Below, piece by piece: positions 26,051-35,706 of a stretch of DNA of 64,000 nucleotides. Position numbers and translations under genes: made by a program. The stretch is taken from the NCBI GenBank assembly GCA_947073045.1, contig CAMTJU010000002.1, positions 27,651 through 91,650 of the forward strand. The letters are read 5' to 3'. The notes under the pieces were generated by a model. The model ran no database searches. It had not been told where the DNA came from and saw only the letters and a program-made list of their open reading frames with translations. Source of the DNA: an uncultured Clostridia bacterium. Its GTDB lineage: Bacteria; Bacillota; Clostridia; Lachnospirales; CAMVHY01. Positions within the stretch are counted from its first letter, which is position 1. Every line of letters begins with the position of its first letter.

Positions 26051-28657
26051 ATGTTTGCTAAAGATAAAAATGAAGTTGCAAATAAAATGCAGGCAGATAT
26101 TGTAAATGGGCTGGATGAAAAAGTTGCAGAAGAAAAATTAAAAACATTTGGTTTAAATAAATTAGCGGATGGAAAATCAAAAACTATTTTTGGTTTGTTT
26201 TTGGACCAATTCAAGGATTTTCTCGTGATTATTTTAATTATTGCTGCAATTGTTTCTTGCTTGATAGGAGAATTTTTCGACGGCTCAATTATTATTGCTA
26301 TTGTAATTTTAAACGCGTGTCTCGGAGTCTATCAGGAAAATAAGGCTAATAATGCATTTGCAGCATTAAAAGAAATGGCGCGCCCACATGCAAAAGTTTT
26401 GCGCAATAAAAAAATTTCGCAGATTCAAACGGATTTACTTGTTCCTGGCGATATAGTTATTATTGAAGCCGGCGATTATATCCCTGCCGATATTCGCCTC
26501 ATTGAAAGCGTTAATCTGAAAATAAATGAATCAGCACTTACTGGAGAATCTATTCCAGCCCTAAAAAATGCCGACGTGGTTTTGGATTCTCAAACTGTTT
26601 TGGGTGACAGAATTAATTGTGCATATATGAGTTCGATTGTATCTGCGGGACGCGGCAGGGGAATTGTAATTGCAACGGGAATGAATACACAAATTGGAAA
26701 AATTGCTTCAATGCTAAACGAAACACCCGAACAAATTACTCCTCTTCAAGAAAAATTGAATAGCTTTGGTAAATTATTAGGATGTGTCTGCCTTTTTGTA
26801 TGCATCTTGATTTTTTTTATTGGATTAATGCATAATATCGAGCCGCTACAAATTTTTATGACTGCTGTATCTTTGGCAGTTGCTGCAATTCCTGAAGGCC
26901 TTACTGTTGTCGTTACTGTTATTTTAGCCATGGGAATGCAAAAAATGGTGAAAATCAATTCAATTATAAAAAAGCTTAGTGCGGTAGAAACTTTAGGAAG
27001 TGTCACAGTTATATGCTCCGACAAAACTGGCACGCTTACTCAAAATAAAATGACTGTTGTAAAATTTTATACCAATGGGAAAATATTTGATGCCGATAAA
27101 AATAAAATTGATGTCAAAAATGAGACAGATCTTTTGCATACTCAAAAACTTTTTGAAATAGGAGTACTTTGCAACGACTCGCAATTCTCAAAAGAAAAAT
27201 CTATTGGCGATCCAACTGAAAGTTCATTATTGGAAGCTGCCGAAAAAATAAATTTATATAAAGACAGTTTAAATGAAAAATATCCACGCGATGGCGAAAT
27301 TGCTTTTGACTCTGACCGAAAACTTATGTCAACTTTAAATAAATATGGCGAAAAATTTATAGTAAATACAAAAGGTGCGCCCGACGAAATTTTAAAATGC
27401 AGCAAGTTTATTTTCTCTAACGGACAAGTTAAAGGATTAACCGAAGACGATAAAAAAAATATTATAAAAGCTAATGACGGTTTTGCAAAAAATGCATATC
27501 GTGTCCTCGCCGCTTCTTATAAAATTATTGATGATAAAAAAAATTTTGCCGAGAATGATTTAATATTTGCAGGATTAGTTGGAATGATTGATCCGCCACG
27601 CATTGAAGCTAAAGATGCAATTAAAATATGTAAAGATGCCGGCATCAATGTAAAAATGATTACGGGCGACCACAAAACTACCGCCGTTGCTATCGCAAAT
27701 GATTTGGGAATAATCTCGGATTCTTCACAATCTATGGAAGGTATAGAAATTGACAACATGACAGAAGCACAGCTTCAAGAAAAAATTAGAACAACACATG
27801 TATTTGCCAGAGTTTCGCCGCAGCACAAAGTAAAATTAGTAAATGCTATAAAGGCTGATGGAAATATTGTAGCTATGACTGGAGATGGAGTAAACGATGC
27901 ACCATCGCTAAAAAATGCTGATATAGGAATTGCAATGGGGATAACGGGCACTGATGTTTCAAAAGAAGCTGCGGATATGATTCTAACCGACGATAATTTT
28001 GCAAGCATAGTGAAAGCTGTGGAACAAGGCCGAATTATTTACGCAAACATCAGAAAAGTTATTGCCTATCTTTTATCGTGCAATATCGGCGAAATTTTAT
28101 TGATATTTATCGCACTTTTGTTCAATTTTCCATCACCTCTTGCTCCAATTCATTTGCTTTCAATAAATTTAATAACGGATGCATTCCCGGCATTTGCTTT
28201 GGGAATGGAAGAAGGCGACGAAAAAATAATGCAGATGGCGCCGAACAATCCCAATGAACCACTCGTAAACAAGCGCATGAAAAAATTTATAACTGTTCAA
28301 AGCATCGCATTAAGTCTTGCAAGTTTGCTCTCGTTCGTATTTATTTTAAAAATTTCAAATTACACAACTGCCTCGAGTGCATGTTTTGTAACGCTTGTTG
28401 CAGGTGAATTATTGCGCGCGTATTCATCACGTTCTGATAAAAAATTTTTATTCAGGACAAAAGTTTTGAGCAATAAATTTTTAAATCGCTGCGTAATATT
28501 TTCACTTATATTTTTGTTTTGCAGTGTATATTTACCATTTTTAAATAAAGTTTTTGCAACAACAATGCTCTCTTCAAATTATTTAATAATTTCGCTTTTG
28601 CTTTCACTTATTCCTATTATATCTGGCGAAATTTTTAAACTGGTTGTTAAAAGTTAA
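26051..28657 (+). CDS. P-type (P2) Ca2+-transporting ATPase
   Basis: ALTGES, PEGL in TM4, phosphorylation motif CSDKTGTLT, hinge TGDGVNDAPSLK, 10-TM layout; AGGAGG SD. Confidence 0.9.
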   Translation: MFAKDKNEVANKMQADIVNGLDEKVAEEKLKTFGLNKLADGKSKTIFGLFLDQFKDFLVIILIIAAIVSCLIGEFFDGSIIIAIVILNACLGVYQENKANNAFAALKEMARPHAKVLRNKKISQIQTDLLVPGDIVIIEAGDYIPADIRLIESVNLKINESALTGESIPALKNADVVLDSQTVLGDRINCAYMSSIVSAGRGRGIVIATGMNTQIGKIASMLNETPEQITPLQEKLNSFGKLLGCVCLFVCILIFFIGLMHNIEPLQIFMTAVSLAVAAIPEGLTVVVTVILAMGMQKMVKINSIIKKLSAVETLGSVTVICSDKTGTLTQNKMTVVKFYTNGKIFDADKNKIDVKNETDLLHTQKLFEIGVLCNDSQFSKEKSIGDPTESSLLEAAEKINLYKDSLNEKYPRDGEIAFDSDRKLMSTLNKYGEKFIVNTKGAPDEILKCSKFIFSNGQVKGLTEDDKKNIIKANDGFAKNAYRVLAASYKIIDDKKNFAENDLIFAGLVGMIDPPRIEAKDAIKICKDAGINVKMITGDHKTTAVAIANDLGIISDSSQSMEGIEIDNMTEAQLQEKIRTTHVFARVSPQHKVKLVNAIKADGNIVAMTGDGVNDAPSLKNADIGIAMGITGTDVSKEAADMILTDDNFASIVKAVEQGRIIYANIRKVIAYLLSCNIGEILLIFIALLFNFPSPLAPIHLLSINLITDAFPAFALGMEEGDEKIMQMAPNNPNEPLVNKRMKKFITVQSIALSLASLLSFVFILKISNYTTASSACFVTLVAGELLRAYSSRSDKKFLFRTKVLSNKFLNRCVIFSLIFLFCSVYLPFLNKVFATTMLSSNYLIISLLLSLIPIISGEIFKLVVKS

Positions 28658-28663
28658 AATCAG

Positions 28664-28690
28664 CTTGCTTTTTTAAAAAAGCAAGTAAGC
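28664..28690. repeat. Hairpin repeat family variant (CTTGCTTTTTT/AAAAAAGCAAG + TAAGC)
   Basis: 11-bp palindrome starting 7 nt after the ATPase stop, ending in the shared GTAAGC. Confidence 0.5.
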
Positions 28691-28770
28691 ATAAGTGTCT
28701 CATTCTGAATTGCTTCATGAAAAGAAATTAATAAAAAAAAATCTTCCCTTTTTAGGGAAGATTTTTTTGT
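28685..28770 (+). repeat. Right copy of the direct repeat flanking the Ca-ATPase gene
   Basis: GTAAGCATAAGTGTCTCATTCTGAATTGCTTCATGAAAAGAAA..AAAAATCTTCCCTTTTTAGGGAAGATTTTTTTGT. The first 44 nt match the left copy at 37 positions by hand count. Confidence 0.6.
28736..28768 (+). terminator. Rho-independent terminator of the Ca-ATPase gene
   Basis: ATCTTCCC (28741-28748), TTTTTA loop, GGGAAGAT (28755-28762), T-run. Confidence 0.75.
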
Positions 28771-28884
28771 ATTGCCTGGGCGATAATAGCGATTATTGGG
28801 TATTAGTTAGGATAAAAGTTATATACGAAAAAAAAGAAAAAAAGATTACATTTAAAATAAATATGATGATTTTTTAACTTTTTC

Positions 28885-28913
28885 TTGACTTTTATTTATT
28901 TTAGTTGTATAAT
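28885..28913 (+). promoter_or_regulatory. Near-consensus sigma-A promoter of sepF-yggT
   Basis: TTGACT (28885-28890), 17-nt spacer, TATAAT (28908-28913). It overlaps the over-extended track start at 28905. Confidence 0.6.
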
Positions 28914-28952
28914 GTGAAAAAGAAGTTTAAAAAATTCTTGGAGGATTATGAA

Positions 28953-29420
28953 ATGAATATTTTAAATAAAATGTATAGCTATATACGTGGTGAAGACTTC
29001 GATGAAGAGGAAGAACTTGAAGAAATTACTGCAAGTGAGGAGCCTAGAAAGGAATTAACGAATATAGCAACATTTCGTCCAAGACGCGACAATTCAAAAA
29101 TTGTAAGTATCCATACTAATGTCCAAATGCAGGTTGTTATTACTTATCCATGTGATGTTGACGATGCAGCATCTTCTTGTGATTATTTGAAGCAAAACAA
29201 AACTTGTATAATAAATCTTGAAGGTGTGGAACGTGCAAATGCTCAAAGAATTGCTGATTTTTTGGGTGGCGCTGCATATGCAATCAATGGCGATATACAA
29301 AGAGTTTCAAATGATATTTTTATTGTTGCTCCGGCAAACGTAAATATAACAGGCGAGCTCAAAGAAGAATTAAAAGCAAATGGTTTAATATTGCCGTGGG
29401 TGTCATCATCTTTTAAATAA
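28953..29420 (+). CDS. sepF: Cell division protein SepF
   Basis: C-terminal SepF domain (VVITYPCDVDDAASSCDYLKQNKTCIINLEGVERANAQRIADFLGGAAYAINGDIQRVSNDIFIVAP). ATG 28953 follows GGAGG; upstream codons overlap the promoter. Confidence 0.85.
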   Translation: MNILNKMYSYIRGEDFDEEEELEEITASEEPRKELTNIATFRPRRDNSKIVSIHTNVQMQVVITYPCDVDDAASSCDYLKQNKTCIINLEGVERANAQRIADFLGGAAYAINGDIQRVSNDIFIVAPANVNITGELKEELKANGLILPWVSSSFK

Positions 29421-29434
29421 AGGGGTATTTTTTA

Positions 29435-29722
29435 ATGGCACTTGTTGTATTGCAGTCAATAATATTTTTTTTACGTCTGTTAGAGTTTTTAATATTCGTT
29501 CGTGTAATAATGTCGTGGCTTTTAATGATTGGCAGCAGTAATTCTTTTTCCAATCTTATTTTTGAATTAACTGAATTTATGCTTGAACCCGCTAGAAAAT
29601 TATTAAACAAAACACCGCTAGGGAATGGTTTTATTGATTTTTCACCTATCCTCGTTTGGTTTGTAATTGAGTTTTTAAAATCCGTAGTTATAAATGCTTT
29701 TTCTTTTTTCATATTTTATTAG
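29435..29722 (+). CDS. YggT-family membrane protein
   Basis: ~95 aa, two TM helices, LIFVRVIMSWL motif; canonical position after sepF. Confidence 0.8.
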   Translation: MALVVLQSIIFFLRLLEFLIFVRVIMSWLLMIGSSNSFSNLIFELTEFMLEPARKLLNKTPLGNGFIDFSPILVWFVIEFLKSVVINAFSFFIFY

Positions 29723-29772
29723 CTGTATAATTTTTATGCAGCTTTTTTATGTATGCATAAGGAGGTTTTTTA

Positions 29773-30654
29773 ATGAATGAATTTAAAATTTTAGCTGATA
29801 GCTGTTGTGATATATCAGATGAAATATTAAAAGAGATTGACGTAGACACAATTCCATATTATACATGCCTTGATGGAAAAAATCATTTAAAAGAACGTGT
29901 TGATATTTCTATAGATGAATTTTATAATCAGCTTGAAACAAATGATAACTTATTTCCAAAAACATCTTTCCCAACGATACAGGAATTTTCGGATTTTTTT
30001 TGTCAGTATCTCAAAAAAAATATGGACATACTTTTTATATCAATGACTTCAAAATTTAGTAGTGCATTTCAAGCCATTATTAATTTAACTGAAGATTTAA
30101 AAAAGGAATATCCATCATCAAATATTATAATAGTAGATTCAATGCAAGCATCAATGGGTGAAGGATTAATAATAATGGAAGCAGCAAAGATGAAAAAAGC
30201 CGGTCACTCAATTTTTGAAGTAGCCGACTTTATCAATAATACCAAACATGATTCAAAATTGTTTTGTACGGTAAACTCACTTGCATATTTACAAAAAGGT
30301 GGACGTATTGGAAAAGTTTCAGCTATTGCCGGAAGTTTACTTAATATTAAACCAATTATTGCAATGAAAAATGGCGAGCTGTTTCCGTATTCCAAAGTGC
30401 GTGGGAGAAAAAAAGCTATTGACGAAATTACGAAATTGATTGCGCAATCAACTCAAGATAATAAAGATGATTATGAGTATGCCGTGTTCCATTCTTGTTC
30501 ACATGATGAAGCTATTGAAATTATTGACGAACTCAAAAATAAATACAATTTGAAAATAAATTTGCCTGCAATTACTGTCGGAGTTATTATTGGTTCGCAC
30601 ATTGGCCCAACAGTTTTAGCTGTAGCCGCAGTAAAAAAAGCACAATTAAATTGA
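29773..30654 (+). CDS. DegV-family fatty-acid-binding protein
   Basis: KILADSCCDISDE start, typical ~290-aa DegV layout with SLAYLQKGGRIG motif; AAGGAGG SD. Confidence 0.85.
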   Translation: MNEFKILADSCCDISDEILKEIDVDTIPYYTCLDGKNHLKERVDISIDEFYNQLETNDNLFPKTSFPTIQEFSDFFCQYLKKNMDILFISMTSKFSSAFQAIINLTEDLKKEYPSSNIIIVDSMQASMGEGLIIMEAAKMKKAGHSIFEVADFINNTKHDSKLFCTVNSLAYLQKGGRIGKVSAIAGSLLNIKPIIAMKNGELFPYSKVRGRKKAIDEITKLIAQSTQDNKDDYEYAVFHSCSHDEAIEIIDELKNKYNLKINLPAITVGVIIGSHIGPTVLAVAAVKKAQLN

Positions 30655-30810
30655 ATTTGTAACATCATTAATCATATCAGTTGTTTTATTTAATAATTTG
30701 CTGCCACTGTTTTCTAATTTGTGGCGGCTTTTTTTGTCGCTTAATATGGCTACCAATCCTGCTGCCCCTATCATAGAGCCAACAATTAATCCAGTAGAAA
30801 ATTTATTCAT
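30646..30810 (-). CDS. Small YtxH-like membrane protein (54 aa), absent from the ORF track
   Basis: Hand translation: MNKFSTGLIVGSMIGAAGLVAILSDKKSRHKLENSGSKLLNKTTDMINDVTNSI. It has a glycine-zipper TM helix then KKSR..L, as in YtxH proteins, and an AGAGGTG SD 7 nt upstream. 3' end overlaps degV by 9 nt (convergent). Confidence 0.5.
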   Translation of the reverse strand: MNKFSTGLIVGSMIGAAGLVAILSDKKSRHKLENSGSKLLNKTTDMINDVTNSI

Positions 30811-30939
30811 TATAAGCACCTCTTTTTTTTATTTGTCATACCTATTATCTTACATATCAATAAATTTTATTCATCTTATGAGTTACAACTTGGCATATAA
30901 AAATTTTTTTTAGTGCTATAATCTATATAGGTGAAGAAA

Positions 30940-32625
30940 ATGGATGGAATAATGATTTGTATGGTAGTGGATGAGTTAAAAAAAACATTGCTCGGATTTA
31001 ACATAAACAAGATTTATCAGCCACAAAATGATGAAATTATTATGAATATAAACAAAAAGAAATTGTTGATTAGTGCAAATCCAACTGCTGCGCGAATAAA
31101 TTTGACTAATAAAACTAAAGACAATCCACAAAATGCACCAATGTTTTGTATGACTTTACGTAAACACATACAAAATGCCCGTATAATTAATATTAGTCAA
31201 CCGAATTTTGAGCGCATTATAAATTTTGAAATTGAGAATGTAAATGAATTTGGCGATTCATCTTTCTATAAACTAATAGTTGAAATAATGGGCAAACACA
31301 GCAATATTATTTTGACTGATGGAAAAGGTACGATAATTAATGCAATAAAGCATGTTACGCATTCAGTAAGTTCTGTACGCCAGATTCTTATGCATTTAAA
31401 ATATGAATTGCCGCCATGCAATAATAAATTAAATCCATTAGAAATATCGTCAGAAGAGTTTTACGATTTAATAAAAAATCTCGAGCCAAAACAATCATTA
31501 TATAAATTATTGAACGGAATAAGTCCGACAATAGCCCAAGAAATTTGTTATTTGGCAGGCAATGACAAACAAAAGTTTTGCAATGTATTTATTGAACTTC
31601 AGCAAAAAATAATTAATAATAAATATGATTGCCAAATAATTTTTGATGAAAATGATAAACCAATTATTTTGTCGGCAATAGATTTAAAAAAATATGATGG
31701 ATATAAAAAGATAAAATTTTTGAGTGCTTCTGAGGCAGTTGAAGCTTTTTATGCTCAAAAATCAAAAATAAATTTGATACATCAAAAAACATCGGACCTG
31801 CGCAAAATTATTTCAAATAATATTTCGCGTTGTCAGAAAAAAATCAAATTGCAGATGAAAGCGCTTGAACAAACAAAAACTCAAGACGAACAAAAACTTT
31901 TTGGCGAACTTATAATGGCAAATATTTACCAAATAAAGCCTGCAAGCGAAATTTTTGTTGCACAAAATTATTACGATAACACTCAAACAGAAATTAAGCT
32001 TGATAAAAATCTAACTGCAATCGAGAATGCCCAAGCTTATTTTAAAAAATATAATCGTCTTAAACGCATACAAATTGCTGTCAGTGAACAATTAAAGTCA
32101 AGTCAAGCCTCTCTTAATTACCTTGAAACTGTTTTACAAAATTTAAATCTTTGCGAAAATGAAAACGATATAGACGAAATCAGAAATGAACTTTATCAAC
32201 AAAAAATTCTCCACAAAAAAAATCAATCTAAACAAACAAAAAAAACTTCTTATTTGCATTTTGTTTCATCCGATGGATTTGATATTTACATTGGAAAAAA
32301 CAATACACAAAATGATTTTCTTACATTAAAGTTTGCGCATTCAAATGATTTATGGCTGCATACAAAAAATATTCCCGGTTCGCACGTTATAATTAAAACT
32401 GAAAAAAAAGAGATTACGCAAAAAACTTTATATGAAGCGGCAAATCTTTGTGCATTTCACAGCAAGGCTTGTAATTCTAGTAATGTTGCAGTTGATTACA
32501 CGCAAAAAAAATTTGTAAAAAAGCCGCCTGGTGCAAAACCTGGAATGGTTATATATAATAATTACAAAACGGTTTATGTAACACCTGATAAAAATTTAAT
32601 TGAAAAATTAAAAAAGGATGATTAA
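30940..32625 (+). CDS. rqcH: Ribosome quality-control factor RqcH (FbpA/NFACT family)
   Basis: NFACT-N start MDGIMICMVVDELKK..INKIYQP, coiled-coil middle, NFACT-R end (DGFDIYIGKNNTQND...WLHTKNIPGSHVII). The track GTG start lies in AGGTGA; ATG 30940 preferred. Confidence 0.85.
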   Translation: MDGIMICMVVDELKKTLLGFNINKIYQPQNDEIIMNINKKKLLISANPTAARINLTNKTKDNPQNAPMFCMTLRKHIQNARIINISQPNFERIINFEIENVNEFGDSSFYKLIVEIMGKHSNIILTDGKGTIINAIKHVTHSVSSVRQILMHLKYELPPCNNKLNPLEISSEEFYDLIKNLEPKQSLYKLLNGISPTIAQEICYLAGNDKQKFCNVFIELQQKIINNKYDCQIIFDENDKPIILSAIDLKKYDGYKKIKFLSASEAVEAFYAQKSKINLIHQKTSDLRKIISNNISRCQKKIKLQMKALEQTKTQDEQKLFGELIMANIYQIKPASEIFVAQNYYDNTQTEIKLDKNLTAIENAQAYFKKYNRLKRIQIAVSEQLKSSQASLNYLETVLQNLNLCENENDIDEIRNELYQQKILHKKNQSKQTKKTSYLHFVSSDGFDIYIGKNNTQNDFLTLKFAHSNDLWLHTKNIPGSHVIIKTEKKEITQKTLYEAANLCAFHSKACNSSNVAVDYTQKKFVKKPPGAKPGMVIYNNYKTVYVTPDKNLIEKLKKDD

Positions 32626-32627
32626 AC

Positions 32628-33317
32628 TTGAATCAATTTGTTCGTACGCAATTGTTATTTGGTGAAAAAAATATGGAGCTGCTCAAAAACAGCTCCATTA
32701 TTATATTCGGAATAGGCGGTGTTGGATCATACGTTGCCGAAGCACTTGCAAGATGCGGTGTATTTAATTTAACTTTTGTCGACAATGATGAAATTTGCCA
32801 AAGTAATCTAAATCGCCAAATATGTGCAAACATAAATACAATTGGGCAATTAAAAACGAAAGTGATGAAGAGGCGCATTTTAGAAATAAATCCTGCTGCA
32901 AATATTACAACAATAAATGAATTCGTCAATGAAAAAAATGTTTTTGCTATACTCAATAAAAATTTTACATACGTAGTAGATGCTATAGATACGATAACTT
33001 CGAAAATACAAATTATCATTGCTGCACAAAATTTAAAATTACCTATAATAAGTTGCATGGGTACAGGAAACAAAATAAATCCGCTTTTGCTTGATCTGAC
33101 CGATATCTATAAAACAAAATATTGTCCACTAGCAAAAATAATGCGCCGTGAATTGAAAAAACGTGGCGTTAAAAAATTACGTGTTTGCTACTCAATTGAA
33201 CAACCAAAAAAAATTACACAAAAAGAAAAAATTATTTCCAGTACACCTTTTGTTCCAGCAACTGCTGGATTAATCATTGCCTCGGATATAGTAAAAAACA
33301 TAATAAATGATATCTAA
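32628..33317 (+). CDS. tcdA: tRNA threonylcarbamoyladenosine dehydratase (ThiF/E1-like)
   Basis: IIIFGIGGVGSYVAEALARCGV Rossmann motif and DNDEICQSNLNRQ. Confidence 0.8.
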   Translation: MNQFVRTQLLFGEKNMELLKNSSIIIFGIGGVGSYVAEALARCGVFNLTFVDNDEICQSNLNRQICANINTIGQLKTKVMKRRILEINPAANITTINEFVNEKNVFAILNKNFTYVVDAIDTITSKIQIIIAAQNLKLPIISCMGTGNKINPLLLDLTDIYKTKYCPLAKIMRRELKKRGVKKLRVCYSIEQPKKITQKEKIISSTPFVPATAGLIIASDIVKNIINDI

Positions 33318-33350
33318 CAAGATTGCGCATTTTGTTAGATATTTTTTTTT
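33310..33350 (+). terminator. Rho-independent terminator of tcdA
   Basis: ATATCTAACAA / TTGTTAGATAT stem (the stop codon lies inside the stem) followed by T9. Confidence 0.7.
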
Positions 33351-33414
33351 GCAACAAAAAAGATGGCTCTAGCATAATATTTTTTTGATATAATTGCATT
33401 AAGGAGTTGATTCA

Positions 33415-34404
33415 ATGGAACGAAAAATAGTATACAGTGCAATTCAAGCCTCAGGTATTCCGTCACTTGGAAATTATTTAGGTGCATTAAAAAATTGGTC
33501 CAAGATGCAAGATAATTATGATTGCATATTTAGTGTCGCGGATTTACATTCATTGACTGTAAGACGAGAGCCTGCATTACTGAAAAAAATTTCTCGCAAT
33601 ATGTTCTTATTACTTTTGGCAATGGGACTGGATCCACAAAAAAATATTATCTATTTCCAATCGCATGTTCATGAACATTGCACTCTTGCATGGATTTTAA
33701 ATTGTTGTACATACATGGGTGAATTAAATCGAATGACTCAATTCAAAGATAAATCCCAAAAGCATAGTGACAATATAAACGCAGGATTATTTACTTATCC
33801 TGTTTTAATGGCGGCCGATATTTTGTTATATGATGCAGATTTTGTTCCGATAGGCGCAGATCAAAAACAGCATATAGAAATTTGCAGAGATATTGCTCAA
33901 AGATTTAATAAAATATATGGTGATACATTCAAGCTTCCAGAGCCAATTATAAATAAAAATGGAGCTCGGATAATGAATTTGCAACAGCCGGATAAAAAGA
34001 TGTCTAAATCTGAAACTAGCGGCACGATATTTTTATTTGATGAACCAAATGAAATAATGAATAAAGTAAAAAGGGCAGTAACCGACTCTGATAATAAAAT
34101 TATTTATTCACAAGACAAACCAGGGATTTCTAATTTATTAAATATATATTGTAGTGCAAAGAATATATCGATAGAACAAGCACAGAATTTTTTTGCAGAC
34201 AAAAATTATGGGCAATTCAAAACAATTGTAGCTCAAGCAATTATTGAATTAATTGATCCAATCCAAAAAAAATACAAAGAGCTTGCACAAAATAAAGATT
34301 ATATAGACAAATTAATAAAAATTGGAATGGAGAAAGCTTCAAATATTGCATATAAAAAGTTGGATAAAGTCAAACGCAAAGTCGGACTTGTAAAACATTT
34401 GTAA
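33415..34404 (+). CDS. trpS: Tryptophanyl-tRNA synthetase
   Basis: Class I layout with a HIGH-region equivalent (SGIPSLGNYLGA) and KMSKS; AAGGAG SD. Confidence 0.9.
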   Translation: MERKIVYSAIQASGIPSLGNYLGALKNWSKMQDNYDCIFSVADLHSLTVRREPALLKKISRNMFLLLLAMGLDPQKNIIYFQSHVHEHCTLAWILNCCTYMGELNRMTQFKDKSQKHSDNINAGLFTYPVLMAADILLYDADFVPIGADQKQHIEICRDIAQRFNKIYGDTFKLPEPIINKNGARIMNLQQPDKKMSKSETSGTIFLFDEPNEIMNKVKRAVTDSDNKIIYSQDKPGISNLLNIYCSAKNISIEQAQNFFADKNYGQFKTIVAQAIIELIDPIQKKYKELAQNKDYIDKLIKIGMEKASNIAYKKLDKVKRKVGLVKHL

Positions 34405-34430
34405 ATTTAAAACAAAATTTATTTGATAAA

Positions 34431-34458
34431 ATAAATACTGCTTGTGCAGTATTTTTTT
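34431..34458. terminator. Bidirectional terminator between trpS and gpr
   Basis: AAATACTGC-TTGT-GCAGTATTT stem-loop with A/T runs on both sides. Confidence 0.65.
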
Positions 34459-35440
34459 ATTTGCATATAAAACGATTTATATCGTTAAGATTAATCGAAT
34501 TGTGCAAAGAGATATTTATTGCATTAGCAATTATATTTGATAGACGCTCGATTACTTCATCGACTTCCTTTGGCGTAACAAACATATTTTCTTCGTATGG
34601 ATCCAGAATGTTTTTTATCATGCTATATTTTTGCATGCTATCAATATTGTTCAATGTATCAAGAAAATCACGTTCAAAATTTTTTTCGCACGCATCTCTC
34701 ATTGCATCCAAAATTTTATCCATTGTATCATTTACAAGCGTTGCTGCATCGATAACTGTTGGTACGCCAATTGAAATTATTTCCGAGCCCAGAGTTTTTT
34801 TATCGAGTGCAACTCTTTTATTTCCCATGCCTGCACCCGGACTAATTCCCGTATTTGATAATTGAATTGTGGAATTTATACGCGAAGAACTTCGTGCAGC
34901 CAGCGAATCTATTACGAAAATCAAATCTGGATTTGTTTTTTCGCATATGCCTTTTACAACTTCAAATGTTTCTAATCCTGTAATTCCTAGAACGCCAGGA
35001 GAAATTGCACTAACGCAGCGGACAGAATTTTTTAATTCATCAGGTATAAAATTTTTGATATGGCGCGTAACCAAAACTTTTGATATAACTTTTGGCCCAA
35101 GTGCATCTGGAGTGATGTTCCAATTTCCAAGCCCAATAATTAATACGTTGTCGTGCTTTTTATTTTCCAAAAGTTTGTTGATATTGTCAGAGAGAATTTT
35201 TATTATTTGCTCGCGGTATTTCACATTGTTTTTAACAAGTTTAGGGCATTCAATTGTTATATAATTTCCTATTGGTTTTGAAAGTTTTTTTTCGCCATTT
35301 GCATTTGTAATTTTCACAATTGTAACTTGTATATCATCAAAGCTTTGTGTTTTGATTTCTATTCCGTCTAGATTTGAATCTTTGTTCATTTGATAAGATT
35401 CCAAAGCTAAATCCGTACGAACTGAAAATTTATCTTCCAT
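34457..35440 (-). CDS. gpr: Spore germination protease GPR
   Basis: Typical start ..VRTDLALES and the ~325-aa A25 peptidase layout (LIIGLGNWNITPDALGP, GISPGAGMGNKR). Confidence 0.85.
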   Translation of the reverse strand: MEDKFSVRTDLALESYQMNKDSNLDGIEIKTQSFDDIQVTIVKITNANGEKKLSKPIGNYITIECPKLVKNNVKYREQIIKILSDNINKLLENKKHDNVLIIGLGNWNITPDALGPKVISKVLVTRHIKNFIPDELKNSVRCVSAISPGVLGITGLETFEVVKGICEKTNPDLIFVIDSLAARSSSRINSTIQLSNTGISPGAGMGNKRVALDKKTLGSEIISIGVPTVIDAATLVNDTMDKILDAMRDACEKNFERDFLDTLNNIDSMQKYSMIKNILDPYEENMFVTPKEVDEVIERLSNIIANAINISLHNSINLNDINRFICK

Positions 35441-35473
35441 TTTCTATTACCACCTTTGTTAGAAAAAATTTTT

Positions 35474-35496
35474 CTTCTTTTTTTGAAAAAAAGAAG
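35474..35496. repeat. Hairpin repeat variant (CTTCTTTTTTT-G-AAAAAAAGAAG + CGAAAAAAC)
   Basis: 11-bp palindrome; its tail resembles GTAAGCAAAAAGAAAC of the copies at 46541 and 63618. Confidence 0.35.
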
Positions 35497-35706
35497 CGAA
35501 AAAACTTTATCTAACAAATCAAACTATATTTGATTTGTTGTTTTAAATTTCTTAATGAAGTGGCTCCGAAGGAGACGGTTATGCTTACTTTCTTTCAAGG
35601 AAATAATAAATATCTTTGTTTTATATATCATTTACATAAAAAAAAAGTTTATCCATTGATAAAAAAAAAATTATGTTGTAATATAATCAGTAAAAGGAGT
35701 GATTTT

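Noticed and set aside
28695-28877. 60-aa plus-strand ORF downstream of the Ca-ATPase gene.
   Set aside because: It begins inside the direct repeat, reads through the terminator hairpin, has no SD, and ends in the sepF promoter region.
33318-33414. T-box leaders upstream of trpS (33318-33414) and lysS (16112-16389).
   Set aside because: The trpS leader is under 100 nt and mostly taken up by the tcdA terminator. The lysS upstream region is filled with DnaA boxes. Neither contains a T-box sequence (AATTAGGGTGGTACCGCG-like).
35530-35706. N-terminal 59 codons of the track ORF 35530-36984 (MICCFKFLNEVAPKETVMLTFFQGNNKY...).
   Set aside because: This stretch has no counterpart in CNNM/CorC proteins and runs through intergenic repeat DNA. 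A GTG with a well-spaced AAGGAG at 35707 starts exactly at the DUF21 domain.
35441-35706. Possible riboswitch (M-box or yybP-ykoY type) upstream of the CNNM transporter, and likewise upstream of the P-type ATPase (25751-26050).
   Set aside because: I could not find the conserved cores of either riboswitch. Both regions are A/T palindromes and repeat modules. Only a covariance-model scan (Infernal/Rfam) could settle it.
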